Positions 1-8,733 are shown, counted from the stretch's first letter. The stretch is DNA of 41,838 nt from Nitrososphaerales archaeon (GCA_050015955.1 JBEKAG010000001.1:1-41838); one strand, 5' to 3'. Notes: generated by a model from the letters alone, not told the origin. Numbers and translations are program-made.

Positions 1-230
1 ATATCCTCAGTAGTCAGGAAGCCTAAGGCAACGATGATACGAGGGTTGTCGAAAGCGACCTTTATGGTCGGTATGGACATCTTAGCTCCGAACTCTCGAA
101 AACCGTCGGGGTATCTCTCCACCGATTTGGGAACCAACGAGTCTCGTTTTCTCCGCTTCGCAACGTAGGACATGGTGAGAAAGCCACCATCCTCCCTATT
201 GTCAACGTAAGACACGTCAAATCTTCTCAT
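1..230 (-). CDS. hypothetical protein, partial (3' part runs off the left edge)
   Basis: Own minus-strand translation. The frame is open from 464 to the window edge, with the first ATG at 230 (MRRFDVSYVDNREDGGFLTMSYVAKRRKRDSLVPKSVERYPDGFREFGAKMSIPTIKVAFDNPRIIVALGFLTTED...). The in-frame stretch 231-464 is hydrophobic, with possible TTG starts at 455 or 368. It is absent from the ORF track because it has no stop inside the window. No family recognised. Confidence 0.3.
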   Translation of the reverse strand, partial: MRRFDVSYVDNREDGGFLTMSYVAKRRKRDSLVPKSVERYPDGFREFGAKMSIPTIKVAFDNPRIIVALGFLTTED

Positions 231-482
231 ACCCCCTCTGAATCTCACATTTGTCCTGACCGCAAGCACGACGAGCGAAAGGAAGCATATCAAGAAAGAC
301 AGGTTTCCTATGGATTGGTCTACAGACTGTGGTATAGATACGACAGTAATGAATTGGACTACGCCCAAGAAGGGAAGGATGATTCCCGAGCTTGAATATC
401 TGAGTCGTTCATACCCAAAGGCACTGAAATTACCTGACTTCGCTCCGCCGTCCAAGGGTCGTGCCTACGATAAGTCTGCATT

Positions 483-974
483 TTACGCCTTCTTAGAGGC
501 ATTCTGAATGATTGTCATCCACCTGTTGTCTCCGTTCACTTTGATTCCTGCCAACTCTGCGGGAGTCCGTCCCTTCAAAGCTTCATGCGGTCGGATGTAG
601 TTGTGGAATAGCTGATAGCCCTTCAGGATGGGCGTGTCGGTTCGCTTCAGGCCTCGCATCACCTTCTCACGGTCTCGAAATTCACCATTGAGCCGTTACC
701 CTCTGCGCGCGCGCTTCGGGTCATGGGTAAGGGCGTTAACCGTCGGGTCATGCCACTATCGAGTGACAAAACCAAGCTTTTCAGCGCAGACCATGCAGTA
801 TATTCGGGAAACTCTCCATTGTCTCTTCCCCCTCCTATTGAAGAAACGTTCACCCAAACTCAGGGTCTTCCCACAGTTCTTGCACCTGAGCAGATAGGAA
901 CTCCCCCGCTCGCTTTCCGCCTTCACGGTTTCGGTCACCTGGAAGATTTGACCGCCAAAGGGTAGGCTCTCCAT
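483..974 (-). pseudogene. DDE (integrase-core type, IS6/IS481-like) transposase remnant, frame-broken and internally deleted
   Basis: 756-974 encodes an N-terminal CxxC..CxxC zinc ribbon (LLRCKNCGK...CMVCAEK). 483-695, in another frame, encodes RLNGEFRDREKVMRGLKRTDTPILKGYQLFHNYIRPHEALKGRTPAELAGIKV, the typical C-terminal end (E of DDE plus the YNxxRPHxxL block) of rve-type transposases. The catalytic middle is missing. Stops lie at 753-755 and 696-698. Confidence 0.6.
705..714. repeat. alternating (GC)5 tract at the frame break of the transposase remnant
   Basis: Read directly: ccctct-gcgcgcgcgc-ttcggg. Confidence 0.9.
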
Positions 975-1050
975 CGCAAGTGACCGGCAATCGGAGTTTG
1001 GTTGAGTATTATAGTTTCACGGTAATCGGCTCTGTAAAGCCTGCGGTTGA

Positions 1051-1060
1051 GCGCGCGCGC
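1051..1060. repeat. alternating (GC)5 tract followed by a 9-bp-stem hairpin (1059-1088)
   Basis: Read directly: gttga-gcgcgcgcgc-catagggaccgaatcttgaccctatggc. GCCATAGGG and CCCTATGGC are inverted repeats. Confidence 0.9.
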
Positions 1061-1184
1061 CATAGGGACCGAATCTTGACCCTATGGCCCGACCGTTAAC
1101 AGGGACAAGATCCTGAGGCATAGCCCATCAACTTAACAGAGCCCTCAATTCTGCTCTTCGGCGCGGGAGCCGTAGAGACTAGCG

Positions 1185-2213
1185 TCAAGCTCTGAAGCTC
1201 GTCACCGCGTCGTGCCATCTCTCGGCTCCGTCGAACGGAAGATACAGCCTCACCCTGTCCGCCAAACCCCCGTACCTGCTCTTCAGTTCCCGCCCGATTT
1301 CATTCCATGGGCCCTCCACGACGAACTCGTCCAGCATGTCGTCCGTCACCTCTCTTGCCATCTTGTCCCATTCTCCCTTCATGGAAAGGTCGTGCAGCCT
1401 GTCGCTGACGTCTCCCCATCCATGTAACACCATCAACCCTCGGTAGGTCCTCGTAGAGGCGTAGAACGCTATCTGCCCCCTGTAGACTTCCCTCACGCTG
1501 CGTATCTCTTTCTGGGTGTCTCCGACCGCGGCGAAGACCGACGCCGTTACGCTCACTTCCTCCTTCTTCCGTTTGCCCTTTTCGAGCCCCCTGGCGAGGG
1601 CCGGGTGGACAACTTCCCGGAGGTATCTGACAGTGTGCAGAGGGTGGACGTGGAGCCCGTCTGCCAATTCCCCCACCAACCGGCACATCAGTTTGTTGAC
1701 CCCTGCGATGTAGATTGGGATTCTCGGACTCTCGACTGGGCCTGGACTGAAGAACGGGGTCATCAGGTCCAGCTTGAAGAACCTTCCCCTGTAATCGAGC
1801 GGTCTCCCTGTCTGCCAGCTCTCCCAGACCGACCTGACGGCCAAAACGACGTCCCTCATCTTCGGAACAGGGTGCTCCCACTTCATGCCGAATCTCCTCT
1901 CGATGTGGCCCTTGACCTGGCTTCCCAGTCCCAGAATCAGCCTCCCCGAGGAAAGCCGTTGCAGATCCCAGGCCGCGTAGGCGAGCGTCGTGGGGCTTCT
2001 GGTGAACGCGAGCGCGATCGATGTCCCGATTCTGATACTCTTCGTCTCCGCAGCCGCGAGGGCCAGCTGCACGAATGGGTCGTGCTTGGTCTCGTTGACC
2101 CAAATGCAGTCGAAGCCATACTGTTCAGCCCGCTTCGACAACACACCGATATCTGTGGCGGAGTCGGCGGAGATCTCAGCGTCCATCTCCATGTCTTGGC
2201 CTGTTCGTGGCAT
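1185..2213 (-). CDS. LLM-class (luciferase-like) F420/flavin-dependent oxidoreductase
   Basis: 342-aa ORF. The blocks GFDCIWVNETKHDPF, RLILGLGSQVKGHIERRFG and IPIYIAGVN, together with the length, fit the luciferase-like monooxygenase family as I remember it. M8 or M10 are alternative starts. Confidence 0.8.
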   Translation of the reverse strand: MPRTGQDMEMDAEISADSATDIGVLSKRAEQYGFDCIWVNETKHDPFVQLALAAAETKSIRIGTSIALAFTRSPTTLAYAAWDLQRLSSGRLILGLGSQVKGHIERRFGMKWEHPVPKMRDVVLAVRSVWESWQTGRPLDYRGRFFKLDLMTPFFSPGPVESPRIPIYIAGVNKLMCRLVGELADGLHVHPLHTVRYLREVVHPALARGLEKGKRKKEEVSVTASVFAAVGDTQKEIRSVREVYRGQIAFYASTRTYRGLMVLHGWGDVSDRLHDLSMKGEWDKMAREVTDDMLDEFVVEGPWNEIGRELKSRYGGLADRVRLYLPFDGAERWHDAVTSFRA

Positions 2214-2469
2214 GACTCTAAGTCTCTGCGCGCGTTACATTGGGTCTCGGCCACCACGGTCGAAGAGTACGCCAGCTCCCTTGGCTCGAAAGGACTCGTT
2301 GAGTTCGAAGGTCCAGTCAAGTTCCCAATCCAGAGCGCGCGTTTATTAACCGGAACCAATGTCTTCTTACTTGCGCCAACTCCGCATGGCTCGCCACTCC
2401 GACGACATTAGAGGCTCGAAGAGGCACAACCTGTGTCCGTTGGACAAGAGAAAATTGGGGGTGAAGTGA

Positions 2470-2646
2470 ATGGCAAGATGCTCGGTTTGCAAGGGTCACG
2501 CCGTGACCTCATGTTCCGATTGCGGTCAGCAGGTCTGCATGTCGCATTCAACTACGATTTTCGACGAAACGACACGCTCTATGAAGGCCTTCTGCGGCAA
2601 CTGCACCGCAAAGAGGATGCCAGTCTGGGTAAAGCGGCGAAGGTAG
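2470..2646 (+). CDS. small Cys-rich zinc-finger protein (58 aa), missed by the >=60-aa ORF track
   Basis: Own translation: MARCSVCKGHAVTSCSDCGQQVCMSHSTTIFDETTRSMKAFCGNCTAKRMPVWVKRRR. Ligand pattern CxxC-x7-CxxC-x4-CxxH-x14-CxxC. SD-like GGGGGTGA lies 5 nt upstream of the ATG. It overlaps the less convincing 2433..2660 ORF in another frame. Confidence 0.45.
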   Translation: MARCSVCKGHAVTSCSDCGQQVCMSHSTTIFDETTRSMKAFCGNCTAKRMPVWVKRRR

Positions 2647-2712
2647 CCCCCGAAGTCTAATTTCCAGCACCACTTCCGAGGTGGAGTAGCGCTTCCTCAC
2701 CTCCCTTGGTCC

Positions 2713-2850
2713 TTACTTCAGGTTGAAGCACCGCTTCATCCCTTCGACCGCCACTGCGTCGACTCTGCCTTTGACGACAAGCATCTTTGCTTTTGTGGTG
2801 AGAGAATTCTTGAGCGTCGGGAAGGACTTCTCTGCGTAATCTGCGTTCAT
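2713..2850 (-). CDS. small hypothetical ORF (45 aa)
   Basis: Own translation: MNADYAEKSFPTLKNSLTTKAKMLVVKGRVDAVAVEGMKRCFNLK. The ATG lies 11 nt downstream of a (GC)n tract in a module also seen at 21857-21878. No family recognised. Confidence 0.3.
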   Translation of the reverse strand: MNADYAEKSFPTLKNSLTTKAKMLVVKGRVDAVAVEGMKRCFNLK

Positions 2851-2861
2851 CTCTCTGAATA

Positions 2862-2872
2862 GCGCGCGCGCG
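2862..2872. repeat. alternating (GC)n tract, 11 nt
   Basis: Read directly: gaata-gcgcgcgcgcg-gcacat. Confidence 0.9.
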
Positions 2873-3000
2873 GCACATCTTATCTTGACGTCACGTACGT
2901 GTACAGCTTCTCGAGGAACTGCTATCTCCGACTAACGGAGGAGGGGCGGACAGGACCACATGAAGGATTGGGTTTGATGTCTCTTAGGAGTCTCTACTGC

Positions 3001-3696
3001 TCATTGCACCGTGAAGTAGATGCGTCGGTTGTTCTTCCCCTTGTTGTCTGTCTTTAGGCCAGTGACCCTTCCAATCTCTTCAGTGTTCTTCACATGCACT
3101 CCTCCGTCTGCCTGCGTGTCGACCTCGCCTATCTGTACGACCCTCAGCATCTCCAGCGAAGGTGGCATCGCGTTGGCTAGCTTGACCAGGCCCGGCGTGG
3201 CCAGCGCCTCTTCCCTCTTCATGAAGAAAGTCCTGACATCTACGGCACGGCGGACGACCTCGTTGACCATATCGACGTAGTGGGCCAACTTCTCCCTGTC
3301 GAACTGGTCGAGGTTCAGGTCTACTCTCGATTCGTCGGGGCCAATCTGGTTCCCCGTAATCAGCGCGCCAGTCTCTTTGTTCACTACCGCGCTCAGTATA
3401 TGCGCGGCCGTGTGCATCCTCATTATCCTGTATCTCCTCTCCCAATCGAGGATGCAGTGGACCGCTTCGCCAGGCTTGAAATCGGGGGGTAACTCCATCA
3501 CATGCACGATCTCCTCCCCCTCCTTCACCGCCTCGGCCAGATTCGCTCCGCTGACCGTGCCCCGGTCGGAGACCAGTCCTCCACCCCTGGGGTTGAAGGC
3601 CGTCTGGTCCAAGACCACCCTGTCGCCCTGCGCGGAGACGACCTTGGCGTCGAAGGTCTTCATGTACATGTCCTCCCAGAAGAGGCGTCGGGTCAA
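3001..3696 (-). CDS. alaX: alanyl-tRNA editing protein AlaX (tRNA_SAD domain)
   Basis: 231 aa. HxxxH motif (MHTAAHILSAV), the later DGGVHV block, and the N-terminus LFWEDMYMKTFDAKV are typical of AlaX-M type trans-editing proteins. Confidence 0.85.
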   Translation of the reverse strand: MTRRLFWEDMYMKTFDAKVVSAQGDRVVLDQTAFNPRGGGLVSDRGTVSGANLAEAVKEGEEIVHVMELPPDFKPGEAVHCILDWERRYRIMRMHTAAHILSAVVNKETGALITGNQIGPDESRVDLNLDQFDREKLAHYVDMVNEVVRRAVDVRTFFMKREEALATPGLVKLANAMPPSLEMLRVVQIGEVDTQADGGVHVKNTEEIGRVTGLKTDNKGKNNRRIYFTVQ

Positions 3697-3738
3697 TGCA
3701 GAGAGGTTGAGGGACGTCCTCTATAACATTGACCGACT

Positions 3739-5055
3739 TCAGTAGTTCGTGATCTTGGTCTGCGTCAGTTCCCTTGAGATCAGCACGCTTTCTTGTATCC
3801 ACTTCGTCTTGGGTATGACAAGCTTGGAGAGGGCTGAGTTCATCGCCCCTTGGAAGGTCTCGTGCCCCTCGAAGGGCCCCTTCATCATCCGGCGGATACT
3901 CTCCCTTATGTTCCAGACTCCCAGCGGCATGATGAATCCAGGGTATGTTTCTCTGAGCACGACGGCGGCAGCCTGCCTGCCCTCCCTTTCTAGCGCCTCC
4001 GCGATGGCCAGCCTGGTCGAATAGTAGCAGCCCCCGACCCTGGCGTACCGTGTTCTGCCGAAGTACTCCTCATAGTCTCCAATCATGTAGGGGGAGTTCG
4101 AGAACTGGTTCCACGTCGTGTTCGGGAACCACGCCTCGATCCACTCAAACCTCCACGGCTCGGGGAGAAGGATTGCCACGTACTGGTTGTCGTAGACTCT
4201 GAAGCTGTAGACTCGGAACTCGTCGGTGGTCGGGTTGTGCTTGACCTTTTCCAGCAGGCTCAGGCTGATGGAGCTGTCCACAGCGGTGATGCTCCACCGC
4301 GTGGGGACGATCCTCCTCCTCGCGCCGTTCCCGAACATCCCCAGGCTGAACGCCTTCTGAATCCGGGTTACCAGGACCCCCTTCGAATAGAGCTCCTCAA
4401 CGGCGTCCATCGCCTTCAGGTCACGGTCGTAGTGCGCAGTCTCGATCCTCCTGTCCGCTGACGGGTTACTAATCCTGAACCGGTCGAGTGGCGCCGAAGG
4501 CCCGAAGGGCTGGGCGTCCTCGCTGAGCGTCAGGATCTTCCTTGGCGGTCTCATCAGCTTGAGTTCTGTATCGACTGGCCTCGCAGCCATCGCGAGCTCC
4601 TGAAGGGAGGAAAGGAGCCTTCCCGGCTTCGCTGCTTCTTCCACGTTCGCCCTGGAGTTGCCTCGAACCAGGGAGAACCTGTAGTCGACTATCTGCTCTA
4701 TCGACCTTCCGAGCCAGTCCTCTGGCGTGTCGAGGATTGCGGTGTCCCCGAACTGGGCCGGCACCATCGGGCCAATAGAGACCTTGGGGTAGCCGATCCT
4801 GCCAACGAAGACCCCTGGAGGAGACGAGCCGTCAATCTCGTTGGTCGCCATCGAGGCGCCCTGTCTTGCCATCGACTGCGCCTTGACTATTATCGGACAC
4901 CTCGGCTTGCTGCAGAGCAGCTTGGCTCCCCTGCATTCTAGGCACATCCACGCGGGAGGGTTCTCTACGACTTCGATTGACCGGGCGACCTCCTCCTCAA
5001 GTCCGGCAACACTCGAAGGGATTACACTCGAGAGCCACGCTATTCTCCTAGGCAA
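3739..5055 (-). CDS. Nre-family DNA repair protein (Nre_N/Nre_C architecture)
   Basis: 438-aa ORF with a TTG start at 5055. An alternative ATG at 4947 lies directly before the Cys cluster MCLECRGAKLLCSKPRCPI, which I remember as the Nre N-terminal signature. The length fits archaeal NreA. Identification is from memory only. Confidence 0.65.
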   Translation of the reverse strand: MPRRIAWLSSVIPSSVAGLEEEVARSIEVVENPPAWMCLECRGAKLLCSKPRCPIIVKAQSMARQGASMATNEIDGSSPPGVFVGRIGYPKVSIGPMVPAQFGDTAILDTPEDWLGRSIEQIVDYRFSLVRGNSRANVEEAAKPGRLLSSLQELAMAARPVDTELKLMRPPRKILTLSEDAQPFGPSAPLDRFRISNPSADRRIETAHYDRDLKAMDAVEELYSKGVLVTRIQKAFSLGMFGNGARRRIVPTRWSITAVDSSISLSLLEKVKHNPTTDEFRVYSFRVYDNQYVAILLPEPWRFEWIEAWFPNTTWNQFSNSPYMIGDYEEYFGRTRYARVGGCYYSTRLAIAEALEREGRQAAAVVLRETYPGFIMPLGVWNIRESIRRMMKGPFEGHETFQGAMNSALSKLVIPKTKWIQESVLISRELTQTKITNY

Positions 5056-5165
5056 TCGCTTGCCGATTTGGCCGTCCTTTCTTCTTAAGCTCCTCGGAGG
5101 GACTCCAAACTGAAACTACTCATGCCTATTGCTAAATAACTGAGCAATAAAACTACCCTATTCTA

Positions 5166-5174
5166 GCGCGCGCG
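5166..5174. repeat. alternating (GC)n tract, 9 nt
   Basis: Read directly: ttcta-gcgcgcgcg-gcctc, in the nre/lrp divergent intergenic region. Confidence 0.9.
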
Positions 5175-5352
5175 GCCTCACTCTGCTTTGGGCAACACCC
5201 TACCTCAGGACTGCACCGCAGTTGGACCATGTCTTCGTTGTGGCCATCTCATTGAGGGCGCCACAGTACTTGCATGGAACCTTGACGATTTCTGCGCGTG
5301 CAGACACGAGCAGGCCTCAGCTTAAGTCGACGACGAACGGCCTTGTAGCGCG

Positions 5353-6270
5353 ATGGACAGGACTGACGTTACCCTATGTCTTTTCCTCATGACAAACTCG
5401 AGAACTCCATACCACGAACTCGCAGCAAAGCTCGGGCTTTCCATCAACGCGGTTCACAAGAGGATCAAGGCCATGATGGATTCGGGAATCATTCGTGCAT
5501 TCACAGCGCGGCCGAGCCTCGTCTCTCTCGGGGCGATTTCGGTATGGGTGTTCGGGAGGTCCGAGGCTTCTCGCCCCAGTGAGGTTCACTTGCGCCTCAA
5601 GACCAACGACAGCACCTACTGGGTAGCCAACTCTGGGGGAGGCTACGTCTACGTTGGCGGACACCTGAGAGACCTTTCCGAACTCGAGCCATATTTGGCC
5701 TTCGTGAAGAGAGAAGGAGGAATAGCCGACCCAACCGTGGGGATTCTTCCGCAGCTGACCAATCGCCCTCCCAAGGAGGAACTCCGTCAACTCGACTACC
5801 AGATACTTGCTTCCCTTCACAAGGACTCGCGCAAGCCTTTGAGCGACGTGGCGTCTGAGGTTCATGCGTCCGCGAAGACTGTGCATCGCCGGTTAGAGAG
5901 GATGATTGAGAAGGGTCTAGTCGACCTTTCTATCGACTGGTACCCAGATGCTTCAAACGACATTCTTGCCCTCTGTCACACCACAATCGACCGCCGCGCC
6001 GAGAGAATGAAGGTCTCGGCAGCGCTGAGACAGAGCTTTCCACAGAACGTCTTGATTGACGTTCTATTCAGCAATCTCCCCAACCAGCTCGTTCAATTTC
6101 TGTGGACCAATTCGATGAAGCAGATGGATGACCTCAGAGAAGGCATCGGCGAAGCGGAAGGCGTCACATCAGTCACTCTGAACGTCCTTCAAATTGGGTA
6201 CATGTTCGATACTTGGAGGGACAGACCCGTATCAAGGGATGGAGAACCAGCCACGACCCTGAGCCACTGA
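5353..6270 (+). CDS. tandem Lrp/AsnC-family transcriptional regulator (two HTH plus effector units)
   Basis: 305 aa with two HTH_AsnC-like segments: TPYHELAAKLGLSINAVHKRIKAMMDSGII and QLDYQILASLHKDSRKPLSDVASEVHASAKTVHRRLERMIEKGLV. Confidence 0.75.
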   Translation: MDRTDVTLCLFLMTNSRTPYHELAAKLGLSINAVHKRIKAMMDSGIIRAFTARPSLVSLGAISVWVFGRSEASRPSEVHLRLKTNDSTYWVANSGGGYVYVGGHLRDLSELEPYLAFVKREGGIADPTVGILPQLTNRPPKEELRQLDYQILASLHKDSRKPLSDVASEVHASAKTVHRRLERMIEKGLVDLSIDWYPDASNDILALCHTTIDRRAERMKVSAALRQSFPQNVLIDVLFSNLPNQLVQFLWTNSMKQMDDLREGIGEAEGVTSVTLNVLQIGYMFDTWRDRPVSRDGEPATTLSH

Positions 6271-6392
6271 CGTTTTCTTCCCATCCTTCAACTGACCTTG
6301 TGAAGGAATGCCCATCCGAGACGCCTTGACATGCTGTTCATTGCCCCGAGGGTTGACGAGAGCCTAACAACTTCGGAGGGGAAGGTGCTGCC

Positions 6393-7157
6393 ATGCAAAG
6401 GGAAATCGCACAGGCCGCTGCTGCCATAACGATTGAAGGCCTGACGAAGGACTACGGCGACGTCAAGGCAGTTGACGGTCTCGCTTTGTCGATTTCCGAA
6501 GCAGAGGTCTTCGGGCTTCTCGGGCCCAACGGCTCAGGGAAGACAACGACAATCAATTGCCTCACCGGGCTCCTGAAGCCAACGAAGGGGACAATCAAGG
6601 TCGGCGGATTCGATGTCCAGACCGAGGGTGTGAAAGCGAGAGGAATCATCGGGGTCTCTCCACAGGAGACAGCAGTCTGTCCATACCTCACAGGGAAGGA
6701 GAACATCCAGCTCTTCGGTGCGCTGTATTCTGTCCCGAAGAAGTCGCTCGTTGGCAGGGTCGACTACGTGTTGGAGAAAGTGGGACTCATGGACGACGCT
6801 GGGCGGAAGGTGAGCAAGTACAGCGGCGGTATGAAGCGAAGGGTGAGCATCGCCATGGCGCTGGTCACGGACCCCAGGATAGTCCTCCTCGACGAGCCTA
6901 CGGTAGGCATGGACCCTCAGTCCCGCCGTGCAGTCTGGGATTTCATCTTGGAATTAAGGGACAAAGGCAAGACGATTGTGCTCACGACGCACTACATGGA
7001 GGAGGCAGAGGAACTGTGCGACAGGGTCGGAATCATCGACCACGGTAGGTTGATCGCACTGGGCTCTCCCGCTGAACTCAAAACCAAGTACGGGGCAAAA
7101 GACCTCGAGGACGTCTTCATTCAGCTGACTGGGAGAAGAATCAGGGAGGGTATGTAG
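6393..7157 (+). CDS. ABC transporter ATP-binding protein (ABC-2/DrrA-like)
   Basis: Walker A GPNGSGKTT, signature YSGGMKRR, Walker B VLLDEPTVGMD, H-loop TTHYMEE. Confidence 0.9.
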   Translation: MQREIAQAAAAITIEGLTKDYGDVKAVDGLALSISEAEVFGLLGPNGSGKTTTINCLTGLLKPTKGTIKVGGFDVQTEGVKARGIIGVSPQETAVCPYLTGKENIQLFGALYSVPKKSLVGRVDYVLEKVGLMDDAGRKVSKYSGGMKRRVSIAMALVTDPRIVLLDEPTVGMDPQSRRAVWDFILELRDKGKTIVLTTHYMEEAEELCDRVGIIDHGRLIALGSPAELKTKYGAKDLEDVFIQLTGRRIREGM

Positions 7158-7159
7158 AG

Positions 7160-8323
7160 ATGAATGTCGGCCGCGCCCTGGCACTGGCGAAGAAGGACTG
7201 GAAGAGAATCTTCAGGGAGCCTGCATTCCTCTTCATCATCATACTTTTCCCCGTCATGCTGACGGTGGCCTTTGGGACATCATTCGGCGCGGTAGGGGGA
7301 TCACAAACGCCCACATTCAAGATCGGGATAGTCGACTTCGGCCCAGGGGGCAATTCAACGTCGGCCGGCCAGTTCGTGGACGACCTCCGAGCTACGGGGG
7401 TAATGAACGTCCAGCACTTCACTGACAATACGACTGCACAATCGGTGCTTAGCCAAGGCCAGCTCCAAGGAGTCATTCTGCTGCCCTCCTCTTTCGATTC
7501 GACCGTTCAATCATACAAGTCTTACCCGAACGAGCCCGGTCGATGGGTGAACTCCACCGTTTCCCTGTACCTCGACAAGGGCTCTCTGCTTTCCCCACAA
7601 ATCATTCCCTCTGTTGTCGGGCAGGCATTGGAACAGGGGGTCCTCGGGATCAAGACGGTCGCGTCGGTGACGCCCTTCACTGTCTCAAGTCCGTCGCTGG
7701 TGAACGTTGAGGGCTCTTCGGTGTTTGCCATGTTTGCCCCAGGCCTATTCGCTTTCGCTTCAATCTACATGATTATGATGGTCGCCCAATCATACACCAC
7801 CGAAAGGGAAAATGGCCTGCTGAGCAGAATCCTGGTGACCCCAGCTACAAGCGCTGACGTAATCATGGGGTCGGTAATGTCTTACCTCGTTATAGGGCTG
7901 GTTCAGGCCTTGCTGGTCTTCCTGTGCGTCTTCGCCTTAGGGTATCACCCCGTCGCCAGTCCTGTGGGATTGCTTGCCGGCTTCCTCATCGTAACTGTTT
8001 TCGCCCTGTGCAACATTGGCTTCGGCCTAATCACGGCGGCCATCTCGAGATCTGCAAGTGCTGCCACGGGGATTTCTTTCCTCTTTCTGATGCCACAGCT
8101 ATTCCTTGGGACCTTTGTGGGGACGGCACTCTCAGCAACGGCCCAGACAGCGGGAAGGTTTGTTCCGGCTTACTACGTAACAGACGCCTTGACATCTCTC
8201 TTCACCAGAGGAGCGGCGGTCACGAGTCAGACTGTGCTTACAGACCTAGCGGTAGTGTCAGCAAGCAGCATAATCATCCTGCTAGCGGGGATTCAGGTCT
8301 TCAAACGATTCGGAAAAACCTGA
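7160..8323 (+). CDS. ABC-2 type transporter permease
   Basis: 387 aa, starting 3 nt after the ATPase stop. It has an N-terminal TM segment, a large extracytoplasmic loop, then about 5 C-terminal TM segments, which is the typical ABC-2 permease layout. Confidence 0.8.
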   Translation: MNVGRALALAKKDWKRIFREPAFLFIIILFPVMLTVAFGTSFGAVGGSQTPTFKIGIVDFGPGGNSTSAGQFVDDLRATGVMNVQHFTDNTTAQSVLSQGQLQGVILLPSSFDSTVQSYKSYPNEPGRWVNSTVSLYLDKGSLLSPQIIPSVVGQALEQGVLGIKTVASVTPFTVSSPSLVNVEGSSVFAMFAPGLFAFASIYMIMMVAQSYTTERENGLLSRILVTPATSADVIMGSVMSYLVIGLVQALLVFLCVFALGYHPVASPVGLLAGFLIVTVFALCNIGFGLITAAISRSASAATGISFLFLMPQLFLGTFVGTALSATAQTAGRFVPAYYVTDALTSLFTRGAAVTSQTVLTDLAVVSASSIIILLAGIQVFKRFGKT

Positions 8324-8654
8324 ACCCTCAGTTCTCCAGGAGAGCATCCTTCACTTCAGCCTCATACTACTGATTGCCTTCTGAGGAAAACCTCTTGGTT
8401 CGCAGCGTGCGCGTAGACAGCGATTCTTACTAAAAAATGGAGATTGGTGGGGATTGTGAAGTGTCGCGGGTCGGCATTAGGGACCACAGTCGTAGTCCCA
8501 GTTGCTTGAGGAAACTCAAAGTCGGATCAAAACAGTAACTTGCGGTAGATTGAGAACGAATCTTCATCCACAGCTCGGATTCAACGCGTTAGACTGGCCA
8601 GGTCCGTCGAACAGACCGATCGACGGTAACCAATCCTCATCCCGCTCTCAGTTT

Positions 8655-8666
8655 CGCGCGCGCGCG
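8655..8666. repeat. alternating (CG)6 tract, 12 nt, about 70 nt upstream of mre11
   Basis: Read directly: gttt-cgcgcgcgcgcg-tctaaaagtagg. Confidence 0.9.
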
Positions 8667-8733
8667 TCTAAAAGTAGGTTCGCCATTCCGCGCTTGTACT
8701 GCTAAATAAGATGCCACTCCCACGCCGAAGTGG

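Noticed and set aside
310-507. 65-aa plus-strand ORF at the left end
   Set aside because: It has no motif. It overlaps the open minus-strand frame that runs off the edge, and it abuts the transposase remnant. I cannot support it as a gene.
1300-2411. Long alternative-frame and antisense ORFs. Examples are 1300..2103-, 1605..2411+, 3080..3802-, 9007..9534-, 10314..10799-, 12951..13445-, 22366..22980+, 23499..24005+, 26384..26920-, 29521..30309-, 35780..36358+ and 38675..39202+
   Set aside because: They are shadow ORFs of confidently identified genes in a GC-rich genome. They are Arg/Pro/Gly-rich and carry no motifs.
2433-2660. 75-aa track ORF as the gene in this spacer
   Set aside because: The overlapping 58-aa frame (2470..2646) has a regular 8-ligand Cys/His pattern and a better SD. 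The 75-aa frame has no features. Neither is proven.
2678-2703. Hairpin GAGGTG-N14-CACCTC between the two convergent small ORFs as a bidirectional terminator
   Set aside because: The structure is real, but it has no adjacent T-tract, and both flanking ORFs are themselves uncertain. I did not list it as a feature.
5200-5307. 35-aa GTG-start minus-strand ORF (VSARAEIVKVPCKYCGALNEMATTKTWSNCGAVLR) as a zinc-ribbon mini-protein
   Set aside because: It has only three Cys (CxxC plus a single NC), a GTG start with no SD, and it lies in the nre/lrp promoter region. Support is insufficient.
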